From positions 1 to 39,090 of the forward strand of contig JBBRNJ010000081.1 of the NCBI GenBank assembly GCA_038230375.1: 39,090 nucleotides of DNA. Direction: 5' to 3'. The first letter of the stretch is position 1, and every line of letters starts with the position of its first letter. Shown one piece after another: positions 16,967 to 27,338 of this stretch. Made by a program: the position numbers and the translations under genes. This DNA is from Polyangiales bacterium (lineage in GTDB: Bacteria > Myxococcota_A > Polyangia > Polyangiales > Polyangiaceae). The notes under the pieces were generated by a model. That model worked only from the letters and a program-made list of their open reading frames with translations, was not told the DNA's origin and did no database searches.

Positions 16967-18552
16967 CAGGCGTTTCGGCGGTTCTTGATCAGCTTCAGGA
17001 CTGATTTTGCGTCGCCGATCCGGACCACGCGTAGGCCAAGGAGCAGGGCTCCGTAGAGGGCGCAGTCAAGGGCTACCCGCAGGACGAGCTGCGGCCAGCC
17101 GTGGAGGACGCGGCCGAGTGCAACGTGGGATGCGGTGACGATCACGCCGATGAGCAGCGACTTCAACACGGCGCCGATGTTGCGGGTGTCGAGCGCGCGC
17201 TTGCCGATCAGGATGAGGAACGTGATGATGATGATCAGCTCGCGCGTGGACAGCGCTATGCCCGCGCCCATGCCGGCGCCGCCCAGACCGAGCGGGCGCG
17301 TGAGCGGGACTATGACGAGCGTGAGGACCACGAGCAGCCCGAGCCCCAGGATGGAGACGATCGTGATCTGCCAGCTGCGACCCATGATCATGAGCGCGAG
17401 CCACAGCAGCACGTTGCCGTAGGCGAACACGAACGTGGGCGCGAGCGCCTGCAAGCTGCCCGCGGCCTCCGTGTACTTGTCGCGCAGCGCATAGTGGAGC
17501 GCCACGTCGGCGCTGAGCGCCAGGATCAAGGTGAGCGGAAGCGCGACGACCACGACGCCCTCGATCACGCGACGCAGGATGGCGAAGAACTCGGCTTCGC
17601 TGCGGGCATGCGCGCGCCGCATGAGCGGGATCATGACGCCACCCATGATGGGCGAGAGGAGCGCGGAGAGGCCCGCGATCTGCTTCGCAGCGGCGTAGAC
17701 GCCGACCTCCTGCCTGGCGACCTCCTTGTGCAACGGGTCGTCAACGAGCACCCCGAGGACGAGGACGTCGAGCGACGTGCCCAGCGTGACGGCGACCGAG
17801 TTGACGAAGAACGGGAGGCTCTCCTTCATCACGGCGTACGTCTCCTTGAGATCAAGGTTGAGCTCCAGGTCGACGGCCTTGCGCGTGGCACGGAAGAGAA
17901 AGATCGCCTTGATGATCTCGGAGACGAGCATGGGCATGAGCAAGAGGACGAACGGCACCCTGAGCGCGATGACAACGAACGTGCCGATGCCGAACAGGAG
18001 CTTGCACGCGACATTGACCACGGCCAGGGCATCCACCTTCGTGGCCGCTTGCAGCGTCTTCTGGAACGTGGTGTTGAACGCAGTGAAGAACTGCGAGACC
18101 GCAAAGACCATCGTGGCCGCGACCACATTCGTGGCCCAGCCGCGACGGTTCGCTTCGAACGCGCACGCCAGGAACAGCGGAAGCGACACCGCGAGGCGCG
18201 CAAGAGCGAGGCCAAGGAAGAACTGGCTCGCGTGCTTGGGCCGGACCGGCACTTCACGCTGGATGTACGTATCCACGCCCAGCTCGACGAACACGAAGGC
18301 GGTCGTCGCGAGGGCGAGCGCGTTCTGGTAGTCGCCGTAGAGCGCCTTGTCGAGATAGACCGGCAACTTGAACGTGACCACGAGCGCGACCGACCACGTC
18401 GCGATGAGCGAGAGCGTGAGCTTGATGGCGTTGCGAAATGCCAGAGCGCCCTCGCGGTGCACGTGGCTGGCCCTGTCTCCGGTTCCGACAGGCTCTGATG
18501 CGGCGGGCGCGGCGGGCGGGTCGGGCGCCTCGGGCGGAGTCGGGGTCGTCAT
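16966..18552 (-). CDS. wzx: Wzx-type oligosaccharide flippase (MOP superfamily)
   Basis: About 14 hydrophobic segments; YGDY, ELGVDTYIQREV, ESLPFF, DVLVLG, VGVYAAA motifs. Confidence 0.88.
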   Translation of the reverse strand: MTTPTPPEAPDPPAAPAASEPVGTGDRASHVHREGALAFRNAIKLTLSLIATWSVALVVTFKLPVYLDKALYGDYQNALALATTAFVFVELGVDTYIQREVPVRPKHASQFFLGLALARLAVSLPLFLACAFEANRRGWATNVVAATMVFAVSQFFTAFNTTFQKTLQAATKVDALAVVNVACKLLFGIGTFVVIALRVPFVLLLMPMLVSEIIKAIFLFRATRKAVDLELNLDLKETYAVMKESLPFFVNSVAVTLGTSLDVLVLGVLVDDPLHKEVARQEVGVYAAAKQIAGLSALLSPIMGGVMIPLMRRAHARSEAEFFAILRRVIEGVVVVALPLTLILALSADVALHYALRDKYTEAAGSLQALAPTFVFAYGNVLLWLALMIMGRSWQITIVSILGLGLLVVLTLVIVPLTRPLGLGGAGMGAGIALSTRELIIIITFLILIGKRALDTRNIGAVLKSLLIGVIVTASHVALGRVLHGWPQLVLRVALDCALYGALLLGLRVVRIGDAKSVLKLIKNRRNA

Positions 18553-18602
18553 CGTCGATTTACTCTATCAAGGTTACGACCTGTCCATGTAGCATCCCGC
18601 GG

Positions 18603-19478
<876 letters not shown>

Positions 19479-19510
19479 GCCCTCGCTCCCCCCCGCTCCC
19501 CGAGGACCCC

Positions 19511-20758
19511 ATGTCGGAACGGCGCGTCAGCATCTTCTACATGACCTCCGAGCTCCCCTACCCGCCGGTGAGCGGAGGGCGCGTGCGGAGCCTTGCCGAG
19601 CTCGCCCTGCTCTCATCTCTCGACGAGGTCCGTGACATCACGGTCCTCACGCTCAGCGAGGAGCCCACCGATCCGAAGATGCTGACGGACCTGGGCGCCA
19701 AGGTGCCCAAGGCGCGCGTGCTCGCGCCGGTCTTCCATCCGATCCACCTGAAGCAGCACAAGCGCTGGATCCCGGTCGTGGGCGCCGTTCGCGTGAGCGC
19801 CGGGCTCCCCTACCTGGCCGCGAAGTGGATCTCGCCGCGCGTGGCGCTGGCGATCAGCAACGTGCTCCGCAAGAACAAGTTCGATGTAGTTTACATTGAT
19901 CACCTCGGCATGTGCGCATACCTTCCGCTGGTGCGGCGCCTGGCCAGGGGCGCGCGCGTGGTGCTGGAGCAGCACAACGTCGAGAGCGACTTCTTCAAGC
20001 AGTTCGCCGAGAAGAAGAAGGGCCTGCTCAACGCCGCCGCGACCCGCGAGTGGAAGGCGTCTGCCCGCTACGAGGCGCAGATGCTCTCGTCCGTGAACGC
20101 GGTGGTCGCCATCTCGGACACGGACCAGGACGCCTTCATGCACATGGCGCCGCACTGCGAGTGCAGCGTGGTCCCGCAGGTCGTCACGTTCAAGCGCACC
20201 GAATGGACGTCTGGCAGGCCGCCGCGCCTCGTGTACATCGGCAACCTGGGCTGGCACCCCAACGTGGAGGGGCTCGACTGGTTCGCAGACAAGGTGTGGC
20301 CGCTCGTCCGCGCGAAGGACCCGCGCATCACGCTCCGCATCGGCGGCTCTGGCCTTCCCAAGGGCGCTGATGGCAAGCCCGTGGTGCCCGCAGCCTGGAA
20401 GCGCGAGGGCATCGAGTGCATCGGCTTCGTCGAGGACTTGAATGCATTCTACACGGATGCGTGCGCGTTCCTCGCGCCCATCCTCGGCGGCTCGGGCGTG
20501 CGCATCAAGGTGCTCGAGGCCTTCCGCGGAGGCATGCCGCTCATCACCACCGTCGAAGGCGCACTGGGTCTTCCCGTCGTCCACGAGAAGCACGCGATGG
20601 TGGCAAGAGACGCGGAGTCCTTCGCAGACGCGGTGGTGAAGGTCTGCGCGTCGGAGCCCCTCCAGCGAACGCTGAGAGAAGGAGGCTACGAGTTCCTGGA
20701 GAAGGAACACGCGCCGGCGAAGGCCCAAAAAATTATGAGGCGGGTACTGGGGGTGTAG
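19511..20758 (+). CDS. glycosyltransferase family 4 (GT-B)
   Basis: LPYPPVSGG, EQHNVES, IGNLGWHPNVEG, GSGVRIKVLEA motifs. Confidence 0.9.
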   Translation: MSERRVSIFYMTSELPYPPVSGGRVRSLAELALLSSLDEVRDITVLTLSEEPTDPKMLTDLGAKVPKARVLAPVFHPIHLKQHKRWIPVVGAVRVSAGLPYLAAKWISPRVALAISNVLRKNKFDVVYIDHLGMCAYLPLVRRLARGARVVLEQHNVESDFFKQFAEKKKGLLNAAATREWKASARYEAQMLSSVNAVVAISDTDQDAFMHMAPHCECSVVPQVVTFKRTEWTSGRPPRLVYIGNLGWHPNVEGLDWFADKVWPLVRAKDPRITLRIGGSGLPKGADGKPVVPAAWKREGIECIGFVEDLNAFYTDACAFLAPILGGSGVRIKVLEAFRGGMPLITTVEGALGLPVVHEKHAMVARDAESFADAVVKVCASEPLQRTLREGGYEFLEKEHAPAKAQKIMRRVLGV

Positions 20759-20760
20759 GC

Positions 20761-20898
20761 CGAGGTCGAGGTCGAGGTCGAGGTCGATGTCCTCGTCGAT
20801 GTCGATGTCCTCGTCGATGTCGATGTCCTCGTCGATGTCGATGTCCTCGTCGATGTCGAGGTCCTCGTCGAGGTCGATGTCCTCGTCGATGTCGTCGT
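20761..20898. repeat. hexamer tandem tract (about 23 units) with an 18-bp higher-order period
   Basis: CGAGGT x4 then (CGATGT CCTCGT CGATGT)n, starting 2 nt after the GT4 stop. Confidence 0.9.
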
Positions 20899-21020
20899 TG
20901 CCCGGACCCCACGTCGGGCGGTGGACCCCCGAACGTCCACCCCTTCAACACGAAATCAGCCCATTTGCCCCACAGTCCGTGCCTCTCTCCGCTGGAACGC
21001 AGCGTGCACCGCTTCCTCCC

Positions 21021-22493
21021 ATGCAGAAGCTCTTCGCGGCCGGTCTGGCCCTCTTTGCGATCGCGACCTCGGCGGCTTGTTACGGAACCTACAGCGGCGG
21101 CGGTATCAGCGACGGCGCGGACGATGGGGGCGGCGCGCCTGGGTCCGAGGGCGGCGCAGGTGGTGAAGGCGGTGTCGTCACGACCAGCTTCACGTTCAAC
21201 AAGGACATCCAGCCGCTCCTGGAGACGCACTGCCAGGGTTGCCACGTCGCCGGCGGCATCGCGCCCATGCCGCTCGTCACGTTCGACGATGCATCCACGT
21301 TCGCCGCGTCCATCAAGTCGAATACCGTGTCGAAGAACATGCCGCCGTGGGGCGCGCAGGCGACGGACTCGTGCAAGCCGCGCTTCGGCTGGAAGGAAGA
21401 CCCCACCCTCACGGACGCGCAGATCGCGATGATCTCTTCGTGGGTGGATGGCGGTGCTCCCGAGGGCGCGGCTGCGGACAAGAAGGCGGGCTCACCGCCG
21501 AAGCCCGTGGACCTTGCCAACGTCACGGACAAGCTCACGCCGAAGGCGGCGTACACGCTGGGGGGGACCACGGACCAGTTCCGCTGCTTCGTGCTCGATC
21601 CGAAGATCACGCAGACGACGTACCTGAACGGCTCGCACGTGGTCCCGGGCAACGCGACCACCGTCCACCACGTGCTCCTCTTCGCGGTCCCCGGCGGCAC
21701 GGCGGCGATCACGCAGCCGCTGGATGCGAGCGGCAGCTACGACTGCTTCGGCGGCGCCGGCATCGCGCAGACGGATCTGGTCGCTGCATGGGCGCCCGGC
21801 TCGCTGCCGTCCGACTTCCCGCCCGACGTGGGCATCCCACTGACGGCGGGCACGGCGCTCGTCATGCAGATCCACTATCACCCGCATGCCGGCGCAAGCG
21901 CGGCACCCGATGCGACGACGTTCGAGATGCGCCTGACCACGACCAAGCCGACGTACTTCATCGCGCCGAAGCTGATCGGCAACTCGAACAAGGCCGTGGT
22001 CAACGGCACCGGCCTCCTTCACGACAGCGACGACCGCACCAGTACGCCGGAGTTCCGCATCCCCGCGAACGCGAAGAGCCACACGGAGACCATGCAGTTC
22101 ACGTTGCCCGCGGCGCTCGCGGCCGTCTCGCCGCGCATCTATGGCATCGGCGCGCACATGCACCTGGTCGGCGTGAACGAGCAGGTCACGCTGAAGCGCG
22201 GCGCACCCGACGCGCTGGATCCCGCGAACGAGTGTTTGCTCTCCGTGCCCTCGTGGGACTTCAACTGGCAGCGGCGCTACGACTACGCGACGGATATCTC
22301 CACGCTGCCACTGGTGGTCGGCGGCGACGTCATGACAGTGGCGTGCAACTACAACAACACGATGCAGAACCAGGCGCTGGCGACGTCGATCCTGGCGCAA
22401 GGAATGAAAGCACCGAGCGACGTGACGCTGGGGGAGAGCACGCTGGACGAGATGTGCCTCGCGAACGTGAATTTCATCTACAAGGCACCGTGA
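21021..22493 (+). CDS. copper type II (PHM/DBH-like) monooxygenase lipoprotein with N-terminal c-type heme motif, paralog 1
   Basis: Start MQKLF; lipobox SAAC; CQGCH; Cu ligands VHH, QIHYH, AHMH, DEMC; WDFNWQ. Confidence 0.85.
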   Translation: MQKLFAAGLALFAIATSAACYGTYSGGGISDGADDGGGAPGSEGGAGGEGGVVTTSFTFNKDIQPLLETHCQGCHVAGGIAPMPLVTFDDASTFAASIKSNTVSKNMPPWGAQATDSCKPRFGWKEDPTLTDAQIAMISSWVDGGAPEGAAADKKAGSPPKPVDLANVTDKLTPKAAYTLGGTTDQFRCFVLDPKITQTTYLNGSHVVPGNATTVHHVLLFAVPGGTAAITQPLDASGSYDCFGGAGIAQTDLVAAWAPGSLPSDFPPDVGIPLTAGTALVMQIHYHPHAGASAAPDATTFEMRLTTTKPTYFIAPKLIGNSNKAVVNGTGLLHDSDDRTSTPEFRIPANAKSHTETMQFTLPAALAAVSPRIYGIGAHMHLVGVNEQVTLKRGAPDALDPANECLLSVPSWDFNWQRRYDYATDISTLPLVVGGDVMTVACNYNNTMQNQALATSILAQGMKAPSDVTLGESTLDEMCLANVNFIYKAP

Positions 22494-22581
22494 GGGAGTG
22501 AGACTTCGACTCCGACCTCAGCAATAGCCCTCGCCGTTTGCCTACATTGCCCCGCGGGGGCTTTCCGCGGATACTGCATAC

Positions 22582-24042
22582 GTGAAGTCCATCCTGTCGC
22601 TGGTCGGCGTCTTCGTTGGTGTCTCCGCTCTGGTCGTTGCCTGCGGTGGCAGCGGGAGCTCTGGTGGCGGGGTTGGCGGGGGCGACACCTCGGATGCTGG
22701 TGGTGGTGGGATCACTGCGACTGGCGTGACCTTCCACAAGGACATCGAGCCCATCATCCAGGACCACTGTCAGACGTGTCACTCGGCAGGGGGCATCGCG
22801 CCGATGCCGTTGCTCACGTATCAGGACGCGCAGACGTTCGCGGGCTCGATCCAGGTGAAGACCGCCACGCGCGCGATGCCGCCGTGGGGCGCGCGCTCGT
22901 CAGCGTCATGCAAGCCGCGCTACGCCTTCAAGTCGGATCCCAGCCTCACGGACGCGCAGATCAAGCTCATCGCCGACTGGGTCGCGGGCGGTTCCCTCGA
23001 GGGCGATCCGAACGACGCGCCAGCCGCGAAGCTGCCGCCTGACCTCGGGCTCAAGAAGCCGACGCAGTCCAATGCACCCATTGCGCCGTACGCGCTGAAG
23101 GGCAAGGGCGATCAGTTCCGCTGCTTCGTCATCGATCCGATGATCACGGGAGACGCCTACCTCACCGGCTATGACATCACGCCGGGCAACAAGACCGTCG
23201 TGCACCACGCGCTCGTCTTCTCGGCTGCGGCGAAGGACATCACGCAGACGCTCGACGCAAGCGGAAGCTACGACTGCTTCGGCGGTCCGGGCCTCGCAAC
23301 GCCCAAGCTGATCGCCGCGTGGGCGCCGGGAACAGGCGCGGTCGAGCTTCCGGCGAATGTCGGGCTTCCGCTCACGGCGGGCACGAAGTTCGTCATGCAA
23401 GTGCACTACCACCCGCACGCGAACGCGGACATGGCGCCCGACTCCACGAAGTTCACGATGCGCCTCACCGCCACGCGGCCCGAGTACACGTTCGATCCCG
23501 AGCTCATCGGCAACTTCTCTGGGGCCATCAAGAACGGCATCGGACTCGCCGCCGACCCCGATGACCGCAACGGCACGCCGGAGTTCCGCATCCCCGCGAA
23601 CTCCAGCACGCACACCGAGACCCAGGTCTTCACGCTTCCGGCGAACCTCGTGACCCCCGTCGGCGGTGGCGCGTTGATCACGCCGCAGATCCTCGCGGTC
23701 GGCGCGCACATGCATCTGGTCGGCGTCTCCGAGGAGGTCACGGTCAAGCACGCGGTGCCGATGAACGGTGACCCCGCGGAGGAATGCCTCCTCAACGTGC
23801 CCGCGTGGGACTTCAACTGGCAGCGCTCGTACCAGTACGACACCGACATCTCGAAGCTCCCGTACTACAACGCCAACGACGTCCTCACCGTGACGTGTCG
23901 CTACGACAACACGATGAAGAACCAGGCGCTCGCCTCCTCCATCCTGGAGCAAGGCATGACGGGCCCGAAGGACGTGGTCCTCGGGGAGACCACGCTCGAC
24001 GAGATGTGCCTCGGCGTCATCGGCTTCGTCTACAAGTTGTAG
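22582..24042 (+). CDS. copper type II monooxygenase lipoprotein with N-terminal c-type heme motif, paralog 2
   Basis: Lipobox VVAC; CQTCH; VHH, QVHYH, AHMH, DEMC; collinear with paralog 1. Confidence 0.85.
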   Translation: MKSILSLVGVFVGVSALVVACGGSGSSGGGVGGGDTSDAGGGGITATGVTFHKDIEPIIQDHCQTCHSAGGIAPMPLLTYQDAQTFAGSIQVKTATRAMPPWGARSSASCKPRYAFKSDPSLTDAQIKLIADWVAGGSLEGDPNDAPAAKLPPDLGLKKPTQSNAPIAPYALKGKGDQFRCFVIDPMITGDAYLTGYDITPGNKTVVHHALVFSAAAKDITQTLDASGSYDCFGGPGLATPKLIAAWAPGTGAVELPANVGLPLTAGTKFVMQVHYHPHANADMAPDSTKFTMRLTATRPEYTFDPELIGNFSGAIKNGIGLAADPDDRNGTPEFRIPANSSTHTETQVFTLPANLVTPVGGGALITPQILAVGAHMHLVGVSEEVTVKHAVPMNGDPAEECLLNVPAWDFNWQRSYQYDTDISKLPYYNANDVLTVTCRYDNTMKNQALASSILEQGMTGPKDVVLGETTLDEMCLGVIGFVYKL

Positions 24043-24151
24043 TCTGCACGCTTCTCCATCCGCGAAACAGCGCCGCATGGAGCGAGAGCCGCCCGCGCTC
24101 CATTTTGTGGACCAGCCGCCGCATGGGTCGTGAGATGATGGGCGGCAAATC

Positions 24152-27100
24152 GTGCTGAACAACCGCAAAAGCAGGGTGATCGCGCTCGTCGCGGCCCTCG
24201 TGTTCTACGTCGTCTTCATCCTCCGTACGAGCTTCACTGTGCTCGGCACGCGGTACTTCGTGCTCTTCGAGGACGGCATGATCTCGATGCGCTACGCCAA
24301 GCACCTGGCGGAGGGCAACGGGCTCACCTGGAACGTCGGCGAGCCTCCCATCGAGGGCTTCACAAACCTGCTGTGGGTGCTCTGGATGAGCGTGGGGCAC
24401 ATGCTCGGCCTGTCCGAGTCCAAGGTGTCTCTCTTCATCATGCTCACGGGGGTCGCGATCCTGCTCGCGAACGGCGTGATCGTGTCGAAGATCGCGCGCA
24501 AGCTCTCGGACTCGCCGTGGGTGCCGCTTGCCGCGCTCGTGGCGGTGCTCTTCGACTACCCGCTTGTCTTCTGGACGCTGCGCGGGATGGAAGTGGGCGC
24601 GCTGTCACTCATCGTCTACACGCTGCTCTGGCTCACGCTCGAGAACGAGGACAAGTTCAGTCTGGGCCGCACCGGCCTCATGAGCGTGCTCATGGGCGGC
24701 GCGCTGCTCCTGCGCTCGGACTCGGTGGTCCCGCTCGGGCTCATCGGGCTCTACGGCCTTTTCACCGCGAAGAAGCGCATCCCGTTCCTGGTGATCATGG
24801 GCATGGGCCCGGCGCTCGCGCTCGGCGCGCAGCTCTACTCGCGCGAGAAGTACTTCCACGACAGGCTGCCAAACACCTACTACCTGAAGCTCTACAAGAT
24901 CCCGTTCGGTGAGCGCATCAAGCGCGGCGCGTTCGTGGCGCTCGACGTACTCGCGATGCACCTTGCGGTGCCGCTGGCGGTCGTGTTCGCGACCATCACC
25001 GGCGTGAACGTTGACATGCTGAAGGGGCTCGTGAAGAAGCTCCGCGCGGACCAGACGTTCCGGCGCAAGGTCCTCCTTGCCGCGCTGTTCTTCGCGCAGA
25101 TCGGCTACGCCACCTATGTCGGCGGTGACGCGTGGGAGTGGATGCTCTACGCGAACCGCTACATGTGCATCGGCATGCCAGCGCTCATCCTGCTGGTCAC
25201 GGCCGTCGTCGCAGAGGTCGTCACGTGGAAGCGCGACGAGCGCAACGCCTACGTGAAGCGCTTCTCCACGTGGCTCTTGCTGCTCGGCGGGCTCGTGCTG
25301 CTGCTCAACGTCTACGCGAAGCTCCGTCCGGAGCAGGGCATCGCAGCCACCATTGTCTTCTCCAAGATGGCGTTCGCGTTCGGCGGTCTCTTCGTTGGGC
25401 TCGGGCTTCTGCTGAAGCTCAAGGACTCCGTGCGCGGCCTGTCCGAGGGCATCGCTGCCGCGGGCCAGCGCCTTGCCACGAAGACCACGGCGTCGCGCAT
25501 GGCCGTCATCCTGATGGCCGTCGTGTGGTTCCCTTCGCACGCGCTGCCGCTTGCGCGCTGGGCGGGACAGAACGCGGCGCAGTATGCGGATGAGGCGCGC
25601 TACACCCGCCTGGGGCTCGTGCTGCGCGCCACCACGCCGGACGATTTCCGCATCGCCGTCGCAGCCGCGGGGGCCACGCCGTACTTCTGCAACCGTCCCA
25701 CAGAGGACCTGCTCGGCAAGAACGACCGCGTCATCTCGCACCTCGCGCCGCGTGGCGTGTTCTCGCCCGGCCACGACAAGTGGGACTACCACTACAGCCT
25801 TGGAGAGCGGCGATCCGACCTCATCGTGGAGGCGGTGGACACGAACCCGGACGACATGGCGTACATGGACTCGCTCGGCTTCCGGCAGCTGCCGAACGAG
25901 ATGCGCCTCCGCGACGATGTCTGGGTCAAGAACCGCGAGCTCCTCGGCGCCGAGTTGCCCGACGCCGCCGCGCTGGGCGACGTCCTGACACGTGCAGGAT
26001 ACACGCTTCCTCCCGCGTACACCGGCCGCGACATCGGCATGGTCCTGGGGTTCTCGCTCATGATCCTGCTGCTGCTCCGCGGAGGCATCAAGGACACGCA
26101 GGACTACGACAAGCTGGCGGACACGCCCCCGGACACGGACATGGAGCCGGAGACGCCGCTGCCCAAGCGCGACGACGCTGGCGTGGATGCGCACCAGATC
26201 CCCACGCTGGACGGCATGCGCGGGCTCGCCGTGCTGGCGGTGCTCGCGTTCCACTTCGCGTGGACCTTCCCGGGCGAGGATCCTGCCGCTGCCGTGACCA
26301 CGATGGACAAGGTGGCGGTGCGCATCCACGACTTCCTCTGGACGGGATGGACAGGGGTCGATCTGTTCTTCGTGCTGTCTGGCTTCCTGATCACGCGCGG
26401 TCTTGTCGCGCCGTCGAAGAAGCCGCTCGGCACGCGCATGAAGATGTTCTGGATGCGCCGTGTGCTCCGCATCTTCCCGCTCTATTACGCCGTGGTGATC
26501 GTTGGCACCATCATCTGCCTGGCCACGGGGCACTGGATCCCGGGCATCGCGTACTGGACGTACATGCAGAACTACGTCCTCGCCTTCGACGACGAGGTCA
26601 TGCGCTGGACCGCGCACTTCTGGTCGCTCGCGATCGAGGAGCAGTTCTACTTCGTTTGGCCGATCGTGGCGCTCGTGACGCCGCGCAAGCGCCTCGTGCC
26701 GATCATCCTGCTCGTGATCCTCGCTTGCGTGATGCTGCGTGCCGGGATCACCATGAAGGCGCACTTCTGGGACGATCTGACGATCAAGAAGTTCGTCTAT
26801 CGAGCCACGATCACGCGCTGCGACGGCCTGCTCATGGGCGCGCTTGCCGCCGTGCTCCAGCGCGAGGTAGACCACCCGCTCGCATACGCGTGGCGTCGCA
26901 TGCGCAAGCCCATCTTCATTGCCACCGGCGTCGCGCTCCTTGGCCTCTACGCGGTCGCGCACGGCCTGAACGACTACGACCGCCGCGTGATGGTCGTGGG
27001 CTATTTCGTCCTCGCGGTGTTCTTCGCCACCGCCGTGTCGCTGTGTGGCGACGGCATCATCAGCGAGCGCGTGCGAAAGTTCCTCACCTTGCGGCCGCTC

Positions 27101-27331
27101 GTGGCGTGCGGCAAGGTCAGCTACGGCATGTACATCTTCCACTGGGTGCTGGTCATCTGGATGGTGCCGCGCCTCGAGAAGTTCCAGGCGCCCATGGATA
27201 CGGTCACGAAGATCGGCCTCGGCTTTGCTGCGATCGTGATCCCGACGGCGCTCATGTACGTGGCCGCGGCGATCTCCTATCGCTTCTTCGAGTCGCCCTT
27301 CCTGAAGCTCAAAGGAAAGTTCCACGGATGA
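24152..27331 (+). CDS. fusion: N-terminal GT-C-type membrane glycosyltransferase + C-terminal acyltransferase-3 (OafA-like O-acyltransferase)
   Basis: FEDGMISMRYA...G.GLTWN.GE.PIEGFTNLLW, GME, LPNTYYLK; then LDGMRGLAV, GVDLFFVLSGFLI, RRVLRIFPLY, HFWSLAIEEQFY, SYGMYIFH, FFESPF; no internal stop. Confidence 0.82.
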   Translation: MLNNRKSRVIALVAALVFYVVFILRTSFTVLGTRYFVLFEDGMISMRYAKHLAEGNGLTWNVGEPPIEGFTNLLWVLWMSVGHMLGLSESKVSLFIMLTGVAILLANGVIVSKIARKLSDSPWVPLAALVAVLFDYPLVFWTLRGMEVGALSLIVYTLLWLTLENEDKFSLGRTGLMSVLMGGALLLRSDSVVPLGLIGLYGLFTAKKRIPFLVIMGMGPALALGAQLYSREKYFHDRLPNTYYLKLYKIPFGERIKRGAFVALDVLAMHLAVPLAVVFATITGVNVDMLKGLVKKLRADQTFRRKVLLAALFFAQIGYATYVGGDAWEWMLYANRYMCIGMPALILLVTAVVAEVVTWKRDERNAYVKRFSTWLLLLGGLVLLLNVYAKLRPEQGIAATIVFSKMAFAFGGLFVGLGLLLKLKDSVRGLSEGIAAAGQRLATKTTASRMAVILMAVVWFPSHALPLARWAGQNAAQYADEARYTRLGLVLRATTPDDFRIAVAAAGATPYFCNRPTEDLLGKNDRVISHLAPRGVFSPGHDKWDYHYSLGERRSDLIVEAVDTNPDDMAYMDSLGFRQLPNEMRLRDDVWVKNRELLGAELPDAAALGDVLTRAGYTLPPAYTGRDIGMVLGFSLMILLLLRGGIKDTQDYDKLADTPPDTDMEPETPLPKRDDAGVDAHQIPTLDGMRGLAVLAVLAFHFAWTFPGEDPAAAVTTMDKVAVRIHDFLWTGWTGVDLFFVLSGFLITRGLVAPSKKPLGTRMKMFWMRRVLRIFPLYYAVVIVGTIICLATGHWIPGIAYWTYMQNYVLAFDDEVMRWTAHFWSLAIEEQFYFVWPIVALVTPRKRLVPIILLVILACVMLRAGITMKAHFWDDLTIKKFVYRATITRCDGLLMGALAAVLQREVDHPLAYAWRRMRKPIFIATGVALLGLYAVAHGLNDYDRRVMVVGYFVLAVFFATAVSLCGDGIISERVRKFLTLRPLVACGKVSYGMYIFHWVLVIWMVPRLEKFQAPMDTVTKIGLGFAAIVIPTALMYVAAAISYRFFESPFLKLKGKFHG

Positions 27332-27338
27332 ACCAGCC

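Noticed and set aside
20787..21020. Poly-Ser/Met N-terminal extension of the first copper monooxygenase
   Set aside because: Produced by the hexamer tract; the signal peptide starts at 21021, matching the paralog
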